A stretch of DNA of 64,000 bases from the NCBI GenBank assembly GCA_041649475.1, contig JBAZNA010000001.1, positions 456,612-520,611 on the forward strand, written 5' to 3'. This stretch comes from Patescibacteria group bacterium (lineage in GTDB: Bacteria > Patescibacteriota > Patescibacteriia > Magasanikbacterales > GWA2-37-8). Below the pieces are notes generated by a model, which saw only the letters and a program-made list of their open reading frames with translations, searched no databases and was not told where the DNA came from. Below, in pieces: positions 50,900 through 60,953 of this stretch (positions are counted from its first letter, which is position 1; each line of letters begins with the position of its first letter). The translations under genes were made by a program, and so were the position numbers.

Positions 50900-52144
50900 A
50901 TGAGCGAGAAGAACGGAAGGGCCGAAGGGTCCTCGTTTGACGAGGACACTGCGGCAGAGGGGGAGCCGACGCTTCCGGGCAGCCACAGGCCGACGCTTCA
51001 AGGCATCGCGCCAGTGACGCTGCAAGGCATCGCGCCGATGACACTGCCGGATGATCCGGCACGCGAGTTTGACGCGGCGCCCGACACCGTCATCCCGCCG
51101 CCGGTCCCGTTCGGCGGTCCGCCGGAGCCCGGCGAGGAGGAAGGGGCGTCTGCTCCTGCCTCCACCAACTCCGCTGATGATCAGCAAGAGATGGTGACGG
51201 CAGCGCTGGCCCAGGAAGTTCTGGGGACGCTGACGCACAAGCCGCCCACCCCGATTCTCTCCGACACTGATGCGCCGCGAGAGTTGGCAGGGATGGAGGA
51301 CGAGTTCCAGCAGACGGCGTCGACCGCCCAGGGGCAGTTGCCTTTGGGCATCAGGGAGGCGATGCCTGCCCGGCCGATGGAGGACAACGAGCAGTCCGGT
51401 CCGATTCCTGCGAACCAGAACGACCTGTTCGGTCCGCCCTCGGGCATCATGGACTTCGCCGCTCCCACGGTAGACCTGGCGCATGCTAACACCGCGGTCG
51501 TGGACACCTCTGGTGTGCCGACTGTGGACCAGGCGTTCGCACCGACCAAGCCGATGGGGGCTGTGGCCGTCCAGAACGGCGATGCGCCCAAGAAGGGTCC
51601 GCCGCCCATGCCGCCCATTTCGCTGGCCAAGTTGGCCAGCGAGGTCAAAGCGGCAGATCTGGCAGCGAATCCCGCGCCGACGTCCTCCCCAAGGGCCACC
51701 CTTCCGGGTGTGGCTCCGGCGGAGCCCGTGCCCGTCGTGGTCGCGCCTGCGGCTACGGAGGACAAGAGCACCCGCACTTTGGTGCGGGAAGAGCTCGCGT
51801 CCGAGCCCGAGCCCAAGATCGTCATGCCCGAGCCCGACCCCGTCGTCGCGCCTGTCGAGCCCGACCCGCCCGCTGACGACAGTGAGTCCTACGAGCCCAT
51901 CCGTCCGCCGAAGCGTAAGCGAGGTGGCGGGAACTTCCCGTGGGGCATCACGATCGGGTCCGGCCTGATCCTGATCATGTTCGCGATCGTCATCGCTTTC
52001 AGCCAGTCCGGCCGCGAAGATTACCAAGAGGACATCGCCTCCTGCGTCAACACCTTGACGAAGGAGGAGAAAGTGCCCACGGCCAAGGCCACCGAGATCT
52101 GCAAGCGGGTTGATGCTGACATGTTCAGCAAGACCAAGAAGTAG
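50900..52144 (+). CDS. Pro-rich protein with C-terminal TM anchor
   Basis: GGAGG ribosome-binding site; Pro/Ala/Glu-rich; TM ITIGSGLILIMFAIVIAF. Confidence 0.5.
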   Translation: MSEKNGRAEGSSFDEDTAAEGEPTLPGSHRPTLQGIAPVTLQGIAPMTLPDDPAREFDAAPDTVIPPPVPFGGPPEPGEEEGASAPASTNSADDQQEMVTAALAQEVLGTLTHKPPTPILSDTDAPRELAGMEDEFQQTASTAQGQLPLGIREAMPARPMEDNEQSGPIPANQNDLFGPPSGIMDFAAPTVDLAHANTAVVDTSGVPTVDQAFAPTKPMGAVAVQNGDAPKKGPPPMPPISLAKLASEVKAADLAANPAPTSSPRATLPGVAPAEPVPVVVAPAATEDKSTRTLVREELASEPEPKIVMPEPDPVVAPVEPDPPADDSESYEPIRPPKRKRGGGNFPWGITIGSGLILIMFAIVIAFSQSGREDYQEDIASCVNTLTKEEKVPTAKATEICKRVDADMFSKTKK

Positions 52145-52478
52145 GTTCATGCACACTGTACGGCGTTACGCTTCTTTAACGAAGTAAACGCTGTCTGATA
52201 TACGCTGTGAGCTGTTGCGAGTGAAATCGCGATGACTCACAGCCTCCTACCAATTTATATTTTTATCTGTTATGCTATGTTGACAGCGAAAAGTATAAGC
52301 TGGTAGGAGGATGTCCTTTACAATCTAGGTTAGAGTAAAAAAGTAAGTTTAGAAAGTAAGAAAAATCCCGACCAAAGGGAAACTTTTGTGTCGGCGGAAA
52401 TATAGAAGTAGAAGTCCTGTCCACGTTCCGCTTTCGCGAGTGCGAGAGGGGACACTCAACGAGGTAAGGGAGGTAGCC

Positions 52479-55430
52479 ATGAAGCGACTGTCCGTGTTGT
52501 GTCTCTGTACCTTGGGGGTTCTCTGCAGCTTCGGCTGCATGAGCCCCCTCCCGAGCAGCACCGATAACGGGCTGCACAACCAGGCGAACGGCGCCGGTTG
52601 CGGCGACGACGCGCAGTGCATCTCCGGCTTCTGCCGGAACGGCGTCTGCTGCAGCACGGACTGCGGCGACGTGTGCGAGGCCTGCAACCTCGTGCCCGGC
52701 ACCTGCCAGCCCAAGCCGGCCGGCGCGCCCGACAAGGCGTGCCCGAGCGACGGCACCAATTGCGGCGGCAGCTGCAACGGCGCGCGGGTCTGCCAGTACC
52801 CGCAGGCGGGAACGTCGTGCACCAGCACGATCAACCCGCTCGCGATCCAGTGCGACGGCCTTGGTGCCTGCATCCAGCCGCCGTACTACCCGAACGGCCA
52901 TCCGTGCGACGAGACGGCGCCCGGCCAGTGCGCCAGCGGCAAGTGCGTCGATGGCACCTGTTGCGACAGCGACTGCACCCAGACCTGCTTCTCCTGCAAT
53001 AACCCCGAGGGTCACTGCAAGCCGCTTCCGGCCCAGGACAACTCGGATGGCGACTGCGTCACCGACGGCAGCCTCTGCGGCGGTTCCTGCAACGGCTGGA
53101 ACGCCTGCATGTACCCGCCGTCGGGTACCGTGTGCGACCTGCCCAACAGCTGGGCCAGCTCGTGCAACGGCGCCGGCGTCTGCGTGCCCAACACCCTGTT
53201 CCCCGACGGCACGGCTTGCACCGCGGATGCGCAGTGCCTCCACGGCAATTGCAAGGACGGCGTCTGCTGCAACACGGCTTGTGGTGGCGTGTGCGAGGCC
53301 TGCGACCAGATCGGTTCCGTGGGCACTTGCACGCCTTATCTGCCGAACACCGACCCCGAGAACGAGTGCACACCGGCTGGCCAGACCTGCAGCGGCACCA
53401 GCGCGTGCAGCTCCAACCCCCAGCCCCTGATCGACGGGGCAACCTGCTTCAGGAACGGCCCGTGGCCGGAGGGGGACTGCAAGTCCGGCTTCTGCGTGGA
53501 GGGCGTGTGCTGCGACGACGGCTGCAACGGCGCCTGCTTCACCTGCAAGCGTGCCGGCTACGTCGGCCACTGCATGCTCGCTCCGGAGGGAACCAACCCC
53601 AAGGGCGCGAGCGACGGTTGCATCGGCACCGATCCCAACAACTGCGGCGGCCTGTGCAACGCCGTCGGCGCCTGCCAGTACCCGGCGGCTACCACGCCGT
53701 GCACCCTTCCCACCACTCCGCTCGCGGCGTGCAATGGCGAGGGTCTCTGCGTGGACCAGCGCCAGGCCGACGGCTCGGCCTGTACCGGCGACATCCAGTG
53801 CATCTCCGGCCACTGCGTGGAGGGCATGTGCTGTGATTCGGTCTGTGGCGGGCTCTGCGTGGCCTGCACCAACGCCAAGACCGGAGCCGCCGACGGCACC
53901 TGTTGGCCGGTTCCTCAGAACACCGACCCGGACAGCGAGTGCGCCGGTACGGATCCCACCTGTGGTGGAACCTGCGATGGGGCTGGCTCCTGCCAGTTCC
54001 CGGCGCAGGGAGAGGCGTGTACCTCTCCGGTGGGGGAGATCTGCGACGGCGCGGGCAACTGCGTGGTCAACCCAGGTCTGCTCCTCGGCAGCTTCTGCAA
54101 CCTGCCGTCCGGCAGCGAGTGCGCGTCCGGCCACTGTGTGGACGGCGTGTGCTGCGACACGGCCTGCGACGGCGTGTGCGTGGCCTGCGACGTGCCGGGT
54201 CACCTCGGCATCTGTAGCAACGTACCGGCCGGCGAGGACGACCTCACCTGTCAGCCGCCCGATTCCTGCGACGGCGCCGGCGTCTGCAAGCCCCCCGTGG
54301 TCCTCAAGACCAACGGTGCTGTCTGCGGGCTCCCCAGCGAGTGCGCTTCCCAGCACTGCGTCGACGGTGTGTGCTGTGACACGGCCTGCGACGGCGTGTG
54401 CGTGGCCTGCATCGCGGTCATGACCGGTGGTACCACCGGCACCTGTGCCAGCATCACCGGCGGAACGGATCCGGACCTCGAGTGTGACGGTTCCAGCACC
54501 GCCGACGGCTGCGACGGCTCCTGCAGTGGGGCTGGCTCCTGCCAGTATCCGCTCCAGGCAACGTCGTGCGGCACCAACCTGATCTGCAACGGATCGGGTG
54601 ACTGCATCGCCGTGCCCCCCGAGGGCAACGGCGAGCCGTGCGGTTCGGCACTTCCGCCCTGCGCGTCCGGCCACTGTGTGGACGGCGTGTGCTGCGACAC
54701 CGACTGCCTCGGTCTCTGCATGGCATGCAACGTGCCAGGCAGGCTCGGCACCTGCTACGCGATTCCGGCCGGCACGGATCCTGCCAACGAGTGCACGGAT
54801 CCGCTCGCCGACTTCTGCGATGGTGTGGGTGCCTGCGTCGGCATGACGCCGCCGCAGTCCGACGCCGGAGTGCCGCCGCAGTCCGACGCGGCACCCCAGT
54901 CCGATGCCGCACCGCCCCAGAGCGACGCGGCACCCCAGTCCGATGCGGGCGTTCCCCAGTCCGATGCCGCACCGAGCGGTTGTATGAACGACACCCAGTG
55001 CGACGATAGCAACGCAACCACGGCGGACATGTGCAACTGCCCGGGGCCTCGCTCCGGTGGAATCTGCACAGCACCGGGTGTCTGCGTGCACACCACCAAC
55101 GGCTGCTGGCCCTTCGGGGTCAAGTTGCCGGCCGGTACTCCGGTCACCGTGGTGTCGTTCTGGCCGAAGACCGCTCCCTGGATCTCGCGCAACGTGACCA
55201 TCACGTCCAACGCGTTGGCCCAGGAGATCCTGTCCGCGGCCGGCGAGTGCTCGCACACTGAGGACTACCCCACGCTCTTTGCGACCTGCGAGGCCGACAC
55301 GTTCCCAGTCGGCGCGCCGACGGGCACCACGCGGATCTCCTACTTCGGAGACAACCGCGAGGTGAACTTCTGCACGCAGAACCTCGCCAACTGCGCCTGG
55401 GGTGGCGCACACGACGGCGTCTGCCACTAG
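52479..55430 (+). CDS. giant lipoprotein: about 11 tandem cysteine-rich ~85-aa repeats, PQSDA tandem repeats, distinct C-terminal domain
   Basis: GGGAGG ribosome-binding site; lipobox LCSFGC; repeat unit C.SG.C..G.CC...C.G.C.AC...G..GTC...P...DP..EC.......CGG.C.G.G.CQYP; DNA-level near-identical segments (54121-54190, 54361-54420, 54664-54700). Confidence 0.65.
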   Translation: MKRLSVLCLCTLGVLCSFGCMSPLPSSTDNGLHNQANGAGCGDDAQCISGFCRNGVCCSTDCGDVCEACNLVPGTCQPKPAGAPDKACPSDGTNCGGSCNGARVCQYPQAGTSCTSTINPLAIQCDGLGACIQPPYYPNGHPCDETAPGQCASGKCVDGTCCDSDCTQTCFSCNNPEGHCKPLPAQDNSDGDCVTDGSLCGGSCNGWNACMYPPSGTVCDLPNSWASSCNGAGVCVPNTLFPDGTACTADAQCLHGNCKDGVCCNTACGGVCEACDQIGSVGTCTPYLPNTDPENECTPAGQTCSGTSACSSNPQPLIDGATCFRNGPWPEGDCKSGFCVEGVCCDDGCNGACFTCKRAGYVGHCMLAPEGTNPKGASDGCIGTDPNNCGGLCNAVGACQYPAATTPCTLPTTPLAACNGEGLCVDQRQADGSACTGDIQCISGHCVEGMCCDSVCGGLCVACTNAKTGAADGTCWPVPQNTDPDSECAGTDPTCGGTCDGAGSCQFPAQGEACTSPVGEICDGAGNCVVNPGLLLGSFCNLPSGSECASGHCVDGVCCDTACDGVCVACDVPGHLGICSNVPAGEDDLTCQPPDSCDGAGVCKPPVVLKTNGAVCGLPSECASQHCVDGVCCDTACDGVCVACIAVMTGGTTGTCASITGGTDPDLECDGSSTADGCDGSCSGAGSCQYPLQATSCGTNLICNGSGDCIAVPPEGNGEPCGSALPPCASGHCVDGVCCDTDCLGLCMACNVPGRLGTCYAIPAGTDPANECTDPLADFCDGVGACVGMTPPQSDAGVPPQSDAAPQSDAAPPQSDAAPQSDAGVPQSDAAPSGCMNDTQCDDSNATTADMCNCPGPRSGGICTAPGVCVHTTNGCWPFGVKLPAGTPVTVVSFWPKTAPWISRNVTITSNALAQEILSAAGECSHTEDYPTLFATCEADTFPVGAPTGTTRISYFGDNREVNFCTQNLANCAWGGAHDGVCH

Positions 55431-55633
55431 TTGGCAGAACGCTTACTCTAACCTCGACGGACGCTTCGGCGACCGTCGTCACAATCAGTAACAGCAATTA
55501 ATAGTGCACCTTATTCAACAACCTCTCCGATTCCGGAGAGGTAAGGAGGAAACAGGGGAGCTGCTTCGGCCGCTCCCCACTCTCATTCTGTTTAGAACTT
55601 TAAAATTATAAATAGAATGAGAGGAGGATTACG

Positions 55634-56245
55634 ATGAACAAGTTCATGTGGGTCGCGCTTTGCGCGGCTTTGACCGGCTGTACCTTTGACAAGAGCGCCC
55701 TTGGCCCTTGGGCACAGGACGCTTTCCCTGACGCAGATTCCGCGCCAGACGTGTCTGTGCCCGACGGCGGTGTCCATGACACCCTGGGTCACGACACCGG
55801 TCGCGACACCATCGCGACCGACACCCTGCAGAGTGACACACTCCAGAGCGATGTGCTCCAGCAGGACACCCTGGTTCAACAGGACGTTCTGCCCCAGACC
55901 GACGCTCCGCCGTATGCCCAATGCACCGGTATGGAGATGGAGTTCTCCACCCAAAAACTGGCGCAGATCAGCGACTGTGAACAGTTCAAGGTGGATGGCC
56001 AGCACCCGGAGTTCACCCCGGTCACGGAAGTGATCATCATTCCGGGCGGTGTCTGTACAGTCATCTGTCACGACAAGGCCGGCGGCGGAAGAACCGTCCT
56101 GCCCGACAAGTGCCGGGGGTTGTGGAGCGCTCCATACACCTACGCTCCGTGGACCCAGACCGGTTGCAGGCAGTTGCCTGCCAACGTGGGTCAGACACCC
56201 GATCAGTCGGGTTGTGACTGGCTCCCGGATTGCACGGTCTTTTGA
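55634..56245 (+). CDS. lipoprotein with DT(L/I)Q-type short repeats
   Basis: AGGAGG ribosome-binding site; lipobox LTGC; repeats DTLQSDTLQSDVLQQDTLVQQDVL. Confidence 0.5.
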   Translation: MNKFMWVALCAALTGCTFDKSALGPWAQDAFPDADSAPDVSVPDGGVHDTLGHDTGRDTIATDTLQSDTLQSDVLQQDTLVQQDVLPQTDAPPYAQCTGMEMEFSTQKLAQISDCEQFKVDGQHPEFTPVTEVIIIPGGVCTVICHDKAGGGRTVLPDKCRGLWSAPYTYAPWTQTGCRQLPANVGQTPDQSGCDWLPDCTVF

Positions 56246-56275
56246 CCCAGCCCACCAAGTTCAGCCCTCCCCGGG

Positions 56276-56326
56276 GGAAGAGGCGGCGAGTATTCTAGCC
56301 GTTCCAGCCGCCGCCTCTTCCTTTTT
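56276..56326 (+). terminator. rho-independent terminator closing the high-GC island
   Basis: GGAAGAGGCGGCG...CGCCGCCTCTTCC plus T5. Confidence 0.65.
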
Positions 56327-56455
56327 CCATTTTTGCTCGTCAATATCTGATGACTAAAAATGGCAGAGAAATTTGCCAACAAAAAATCCACCCTAATTGC
56401 CCGGCTTAACAATTCGTTGTTTCGCTAGGTAACTCTCTCTGGGTGGTTTTTTGTT

Positions 56456-57823
56456 TTAGACCTTTTTATACTCGCAAGCCCACACACCCCAAACCGCCCA
56501 CATCCACCAAATCACCGGCGTGTGATGCAACATGTTGTCCGACAAACTCAAGACCAGATAAACGATTATACTGGTAATAAAAACAATATTTTTCCAATTA
56601 TTTTTTATTCCGAATTTAACTTGTTCCCAAAGCAAGGCGGCAAAAATTAACAGATACAATCCAATGCCGATCAACCCGCCTTCAAAGGCAATTTTTAAAA
56701 AATCATTATGCGCTTCGGAAGTATTATCCCACAAATTTTGTATGCCTTTATTATTATCCCAAACCGTGGCAAAAGATCCGTAGCCATAACCAAGCACCAG
56801 CCGGTCTTTGATAAGCGGTAAGACCTTAGTGGCCACATCAATGCGCCAGGAGACCGAATCAGATTCTTCGTTTCTGGCCGTGAGTCGGGAAATAATGCCG
56901 TATGACTGCATGTTGTAGTTAAAATTATTTATCAAGAATGCGTTAAGCGGATAAAAAATCAGATAAAACAAACCCGCGCCAATAATCAAATACAATACCA
57001 ATTTTTTAAAATAGATTATGCCGACTACCAAAAGAAGCACGGCCGTGCCGATCCAGGCGATGCGGGTGTAAGTGAGAGCGATAATTAATAACAAAAATAT
57101 ACCAATCGCGTTTTCTAAAGACAATTTATTTTTAAAAATATTATGCTTTTCCGGGTATTCGTGCAGAAGAACTGTGAGGAGCAGTAGAGCAAAAGTTGCC
57201 ATTATATTCGGGTGGGCAAAGGTGCCGTAAATTCTGTTTCTGATGTCATCTATATTCATGCCGGTCTGGGAGATAAATTGGTAAACGCCCACGGCCAGGG
57301 GGATGATGGCGGCACAAATTAAACTTTTTATAAAATCTTTTTTAAATTTGACTCCATTTTTGCTGTATAAAATATAGGAAATGCCGAACAGGGCGAACAA
57401 GTTGGCCGCTTTCATGGTTTCGGTGATGGTGGCGGCGACATCATAACTGTAAACAAGCGTGATGGCGCACCAGGCCAAAAACAAAATCCAGGGAATAATC
57501 GCCGGAATTTGCTTGAGGTATGACCGGTGTTTCCAAAAGAAATAAGCGGACCAGATTAAAAGCAGGGTAGAGAGCGCGGCATTGATGTTGAAATTAAAAC
57601 TTTGATATGAAAACAGAGTGAAATCCCGCCAAATATCAATCGCCGGCCGGACTATCAAAAGCATCAGGATAAAATATTCGCCCAGTATTTTTTGAAAGAT
57701 TATAAAGATTATTACCAAAAAAACCAGGATGTCCAAACTGGTATAGGGATTAAAGATCGCGAAGACGGCTAAAATAACAACTAGTAATGCTGAAAAAGAG
57801 AAACGCTTGAGATAGGAAAGCAT
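56456..57823 (-). CDS. O-antigen ligase/polymerase-like (Wzy_C-type) polytopic membrane protein
   Basis: about 12 TM helices with a large loop, pattern typical of the family; no motif certainty. Confidence 0.4.
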   Translation of the reverse strand: MLSYLKRFSFSALLVVILAVFAIFNPYTSLDILVFLVIIFIIFQKILGEYFILMLLIVRPAIDIWRDFTLFSYQSFNFNINAALSTLLLIWSAYFFWKHRSYLKQIPAIIPWILFLAWCAITLVYSYDVAATITETMKAANLFALFGISYILYSKNGVKFKKDFIKSLICAAIIPLAVGVYQFISQTGMNIDDIRNRIYGTFAHPNIMATFALLLLTVLLHEYPEKHNIFKNKLSLENAIGIFLLLIIALTYTRIAWIGTAVLLLVVGIIYFKKLVLYLIIGAGLFYLIFYPLNAFLINNFNYNMQSYGIISRLTARNEESDSVSWRIDVATKVLPLIKDRLVLGYGYGSFATVWDNNKGIQNLWDNTSEAHNDFLKIAFEGGLIGIGLYLLIFAALLWEQVKFGIKNNWKNIVFITSIIVYLVLSLSDNMLHHTPVIWWMWAVWGVWACEYKKV

Positions 57824-57891
57824 AAGTGGATGGTTTTATTGAGTATAGCACAATTTTGGAGTATAATAAAGTCAAATAACAATAAACCCAT

Positions 57892-58962
57892 ATGGTCAAA
57901 CTCCCAATTGATTGTGTTTTAGCTGTAACCTATAACTGCAACTCCAGATGTATCATGTGCGATATCTGGAAAATTCACGGCTTTCCCGAGTTGCCGCCGT
58001 CGGAATTTAAAAAACTACCCTCCAGCTTGCGGGACATAAACATCTCCGGCGGGGAGCCGTTTTTGCGTCCGGATTTGCCGGAAATAATCACCAATGTGGC
58101 CAAGGCCTGTCCCCAAGCCAGAATTATTATTTCCACCAATGCTTTTGCCACTGATTTGGTCGTCAGCCAAATGAAAAAGATTTTGCCGATTAAACCGGAT
58201 ATTGGCGTGGCCATTTCCGTTGACGGCATCGGAGAGATGCACAACCAAATGCGCGGCATTCCGGACGGCTTTAATAAGGTCATGAAAACTTTAACCGAAA
58301 TTAAAAAATTGGGCGTTAAAAATTTGCGGCTGGGTTTTACCATCACCGAAAAAAACGTCGCCCATCTGAAAAAAGTTTATGATTTGACCCGCGAACTGGG
58401 CGTGGAGTTCACCCATAGTTTTGCCCAGAGCTCCGAGTTTTATTTTGGCGGTAAGCAAAACACGGATTTTAAAGAAATCGGCGAGGAGTCCTTAACCGAA
58501 AATATGGCCTTGGGCACCGAAGACGAACATCACTTATCAAAAAATCTTAGAGATTTATTAGATGAAGAATATAAATATCTGATAAAGTCAGAACTCAAGA
58601 GTTGGAATCTTAAGCGCTGGGCCCGGGCCTATTTTGCCAGTGGCATGTTCAAATTCATAACCAGTCATAATCCGATTTTGTCCAACGCTCCGGGCCGGGA
58701 TTTTTTCTTTATGGATCCCAATGGAATTATTTATCCGTCGGTGGTGCATAACTTCAGAATGGGGGACTTAAGACAAATTGAAAATTTCGCGGAGTTTTGG
58801 GGTTCGGAGGCGGCCGAAAATGTCAGACAGCAAGTTACTGACAGCAAGATACCGGTTTGGATGATCTGCACAGCCAGAACGGCAATCAAAAAACATCCGT
58901 TTAAAGCGGCGTGGTGGTTGGTTGAAAATAAGTTTTTATGGCGCGCAAACGCAAACCAATAG
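57892..58962 (+). CDS. radical SAM enzyme
   Basis: CNSRCIMC (Cx3Cx2C) cluster-binding motif and GGEP SAM motif. Confidence 0.75.
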   Translation: MVKLPIDCVLAVTYNCNSRCIMCDIWKIHGFPELPPSEFKKLPSSLRDINISGGEPFLRPDLPEIITNVAKACPQARIIISTNAFATDLVVSQMKKILPIKPDIGVAISVDGIGEMHNQMRGIPDGFNKVMKTLTEIKKLGVKNLRLGFTITEKNVAHLKKVYDLTRELGVEFTHSFAQSSEFYFGGKQNTDFKEIGEESLTENMALGTEDEHHLSKNLRDLLDEEYKYLIKSELKSWNLKRWARAYFASGMFKFITSHNPILSNAPGRDFFFMDPNGIIYPSVVHNFRMGDLRQIENFAEFWGSEAAENVRQQVTDSKIPVWMICTARTAIKKHPFKAAWWLVENKFLWRANANQ

Positions 58963-60953
58963 GTAAGATAATATTTTACAGAGCCACAGTATCAGTATTT
59001 TTTGCCATCTTTATTGTGGTTTTTTTAGTTTGGCAAAAAGCGCACAGTTCGGCTCCGCTTCTGGCCAATTATTATCTGGGCACTTTGCCGACCGATGCTG
59101 ACAGTATAAAGAAATTATCAAAAAATGATTTGCTTATTTTGAGTCCGGAGCAGGCCATTGTCCGCAAAAACGTCATCAGCCAAATAAAAAAAGATAATCC
59201 GAATATCATTTTGTTGGCCTATGTGCCCAGCCAGAGCTACAACATGGCTTGGCAGCAATATCCGGCCAACACTTTGTTTGGCGATTTTCAGGTAAAAAAT
59301 AATTGGTGGCTGCGGGACGACGAGGGCAATGTCGTTTCCAATTGGCCGGGACTCAAAAATACCAACATGAGTTTGGAGTGGACTGATTATCTGGTCAATT
59401 TTGTCAAAACAAAGATTCTATCCGCCGGGGTCTGGGACGGAATTTTTTGGGATATGGTCAATGACGGCATTTCCGGAACCAACAAAGGTGATATTGATTT
59501 AAACGGCGACGGACAAAAAGACACTGCCCGTCTGGCCGATGTAGAGTGGGTAAACAGAATTGATTATTTGCTAGAGCGCAGTCAGGAGCTTAATGTTAAA
59601 TACATTATCATGAACGGCAGTTCCATACCCTCAATGCAGGAGTATGTAAATGGTCGGATGTATGAAAATTTTCCCACCCCATGGGAAAAGGGCGGATCCT
59701 GGAGCGGAATTATGAACGGCCTGGAAGTAAACCAGCAAAGTAATAAACAGCCGCTTATTTATGTGATCAACGCCAACACCGGCAACACCGGCAAAAGCGA
59801 CAACTATCGGAGAATGCGTTTTGGGTTGGCCAGCAGTTTAATGGTCAATAATGTTTATTTCAGCTTTGATCACGGCGACGAAAATCACGCGCAAATCTGG
59901 TGGTATGATGAGTATGACGTGAATTTGGGCGAGCCGATTGGCGAGGCGCAATCCGTGAGCGGCAGCGCCAATTTTACGGAAGATGTCTGGCGCCGCGACT
60001 ACACTAACGGCGTGGCCATAGTTAATGTCACCACCAAATCCCAAACAGTTGATCTGGGTGGGGAGTATGAAAAAATCACCGGCAAACAGGATCCGGCCGT
60101 CAACGACGGATCAATCACTAACGCCGTTACATTGGGCGCCAAAGATGGTTTGGTGATGCTTAAAACCTTTCAGACCTTACAGGGCGTGACTTATCCCAAC
60201 GGTTACTTTTTGAGTTTTTATGACATAAATGGCAATCGTGTCAGAAACGGCTTCTTTTCTTATGACGAGGAAGCGCAGGGCGCCGCCAAAATATTTGCCG
60301 GGGACTTAGACGGACAGGGCCGGGTGGAAAAAATCACCGCCGAAGGATTTAAGTTAAAAATTAATGACAGCAACGGCGGTATTTGGTATGAGGACTTTCC
60401 TTTTGGAGGAAACTATAAAGGCGCTTTGGATTTCGCGCCGGGCAAATTAAACGGCGCCACTGAAAATTCGCTGGTGGTTTCCGGTAACTCGGGCGGCAAG
60501 GTGCAGTTATACACTTATTACGGCGCGAACCTGATTGATAACGTTTATCCTTTGGGAAAAAAATATCAGGGCGGATTTTCGGCGGCAATCGGAAATGTTG
60601 ACGGCACCGGCAAAGGAAACATCGTTTTGGGCACGGGCACCGGCGTTCAGGCGCAAATTTTAATTTACGACAGCAACTTAAAGAAAGTTAAAAAAAGTTT
60701 CTATATTGAAAATAAAAATTATAAAAAAGGGATAAAAATAGCCGTTGGCGATATCAACGGCGACGGCAAAGATGAAGTGGTAGCGGTTTTAAGTTCTGCC
60801 AGCGGCTCGCTGGTGCGAACCTTTAATTTTACCGGTAAAAAATTATCTGAATTTAAAATTGCGCAGGGATTCGCGGGCGCGCAGGTGTCTGTTGGAGCTT
60901 TGGATGTAAATTTTGATGGCCGCGCCGAAGTTATTTTGATGAACGGGCAATAA
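58938..60953 (+). CDS. secreted putative glycoside-hydrolase-like (GHL15-type) domain protein with C-terminal FG-GAP/VCBS-like repeats
   Basis: N-terminal TM/signal; repeats GDLDGQGRVEKI, GNVDGTGKGNIVLG, GDINGDGKDEVVAV, LDVNFDGRAEVIL. Confidence 0.45.
   Translation: MARKRKPIGKIIFYRATVSVFFAIFIVVFLVWQKAHSSAPLLANYYLGTLPTDADSIKKLSKNDLLILSPEQAIVRKNVISQIKKDNPNIILLAYVPSQSYNMAWQQYPANTLFGDFQVKNNWWLRDDEGNVVSNWPGLKNTNMSLEWTDYLVNFVKTKILSAGVWDGIFWDMVNDGISGTNKGDIDLNGDGQKDTARLADVEWVNRIDYLLERSQELNVKYIIMNGSSIPSMQEYVNGRMYENFPTPWEKGGSWSGIMNGLEVNQQSNKQPLIYVINANTGNTGKSDNYRRMRFGLASSLMVNNVYFSFDHGDENHAQIWWYDEYDVNLGEPIGEAQSVSGSANFTEDVWRRDYTNGVAIVNVTTKSQTVDLGGEYEKITGKQDPAVNDGSITNAVTLGAKDGLVMLKTFQTLQGVTYPNGYFLSFYDINGNRVRNGFFSYDEEAQGAAKIFAGDLDGQGRVEKITAEGFKLKINDSNGGIWYEDFPFGGNYKGALDFAPGKLNGATENSLVVSGNSGGKVQLYTYYGANLIDNVYPLGKKYQGGFSAAIGNVDGTGKGNIVLGTGTGVQAQILIYDSNLKKVKKSFYIENKNYKKGIKIAVGDINGDGKDEVVAVLSSASGSLVRTFNFTGKKLSEFKIAQGFAGAQVSVGALDVNFDGRAEVILMNGQ

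Noticed and set aside
52275-55427. 1050-aa minus-strand ORF, plus many 60-240-aa ORFs on both strands, across 45.8-56.3 kb
   Set aside because: In ~65% GC DNA stop codons are rare in all frames. These ORFs lie antisense to, or frame-shifted within, the plus-strand genes, which have ribosome-binding sites, signal peptides and repeats. Their translations are Arg/Ala/Gly-rich with no domain-like features.
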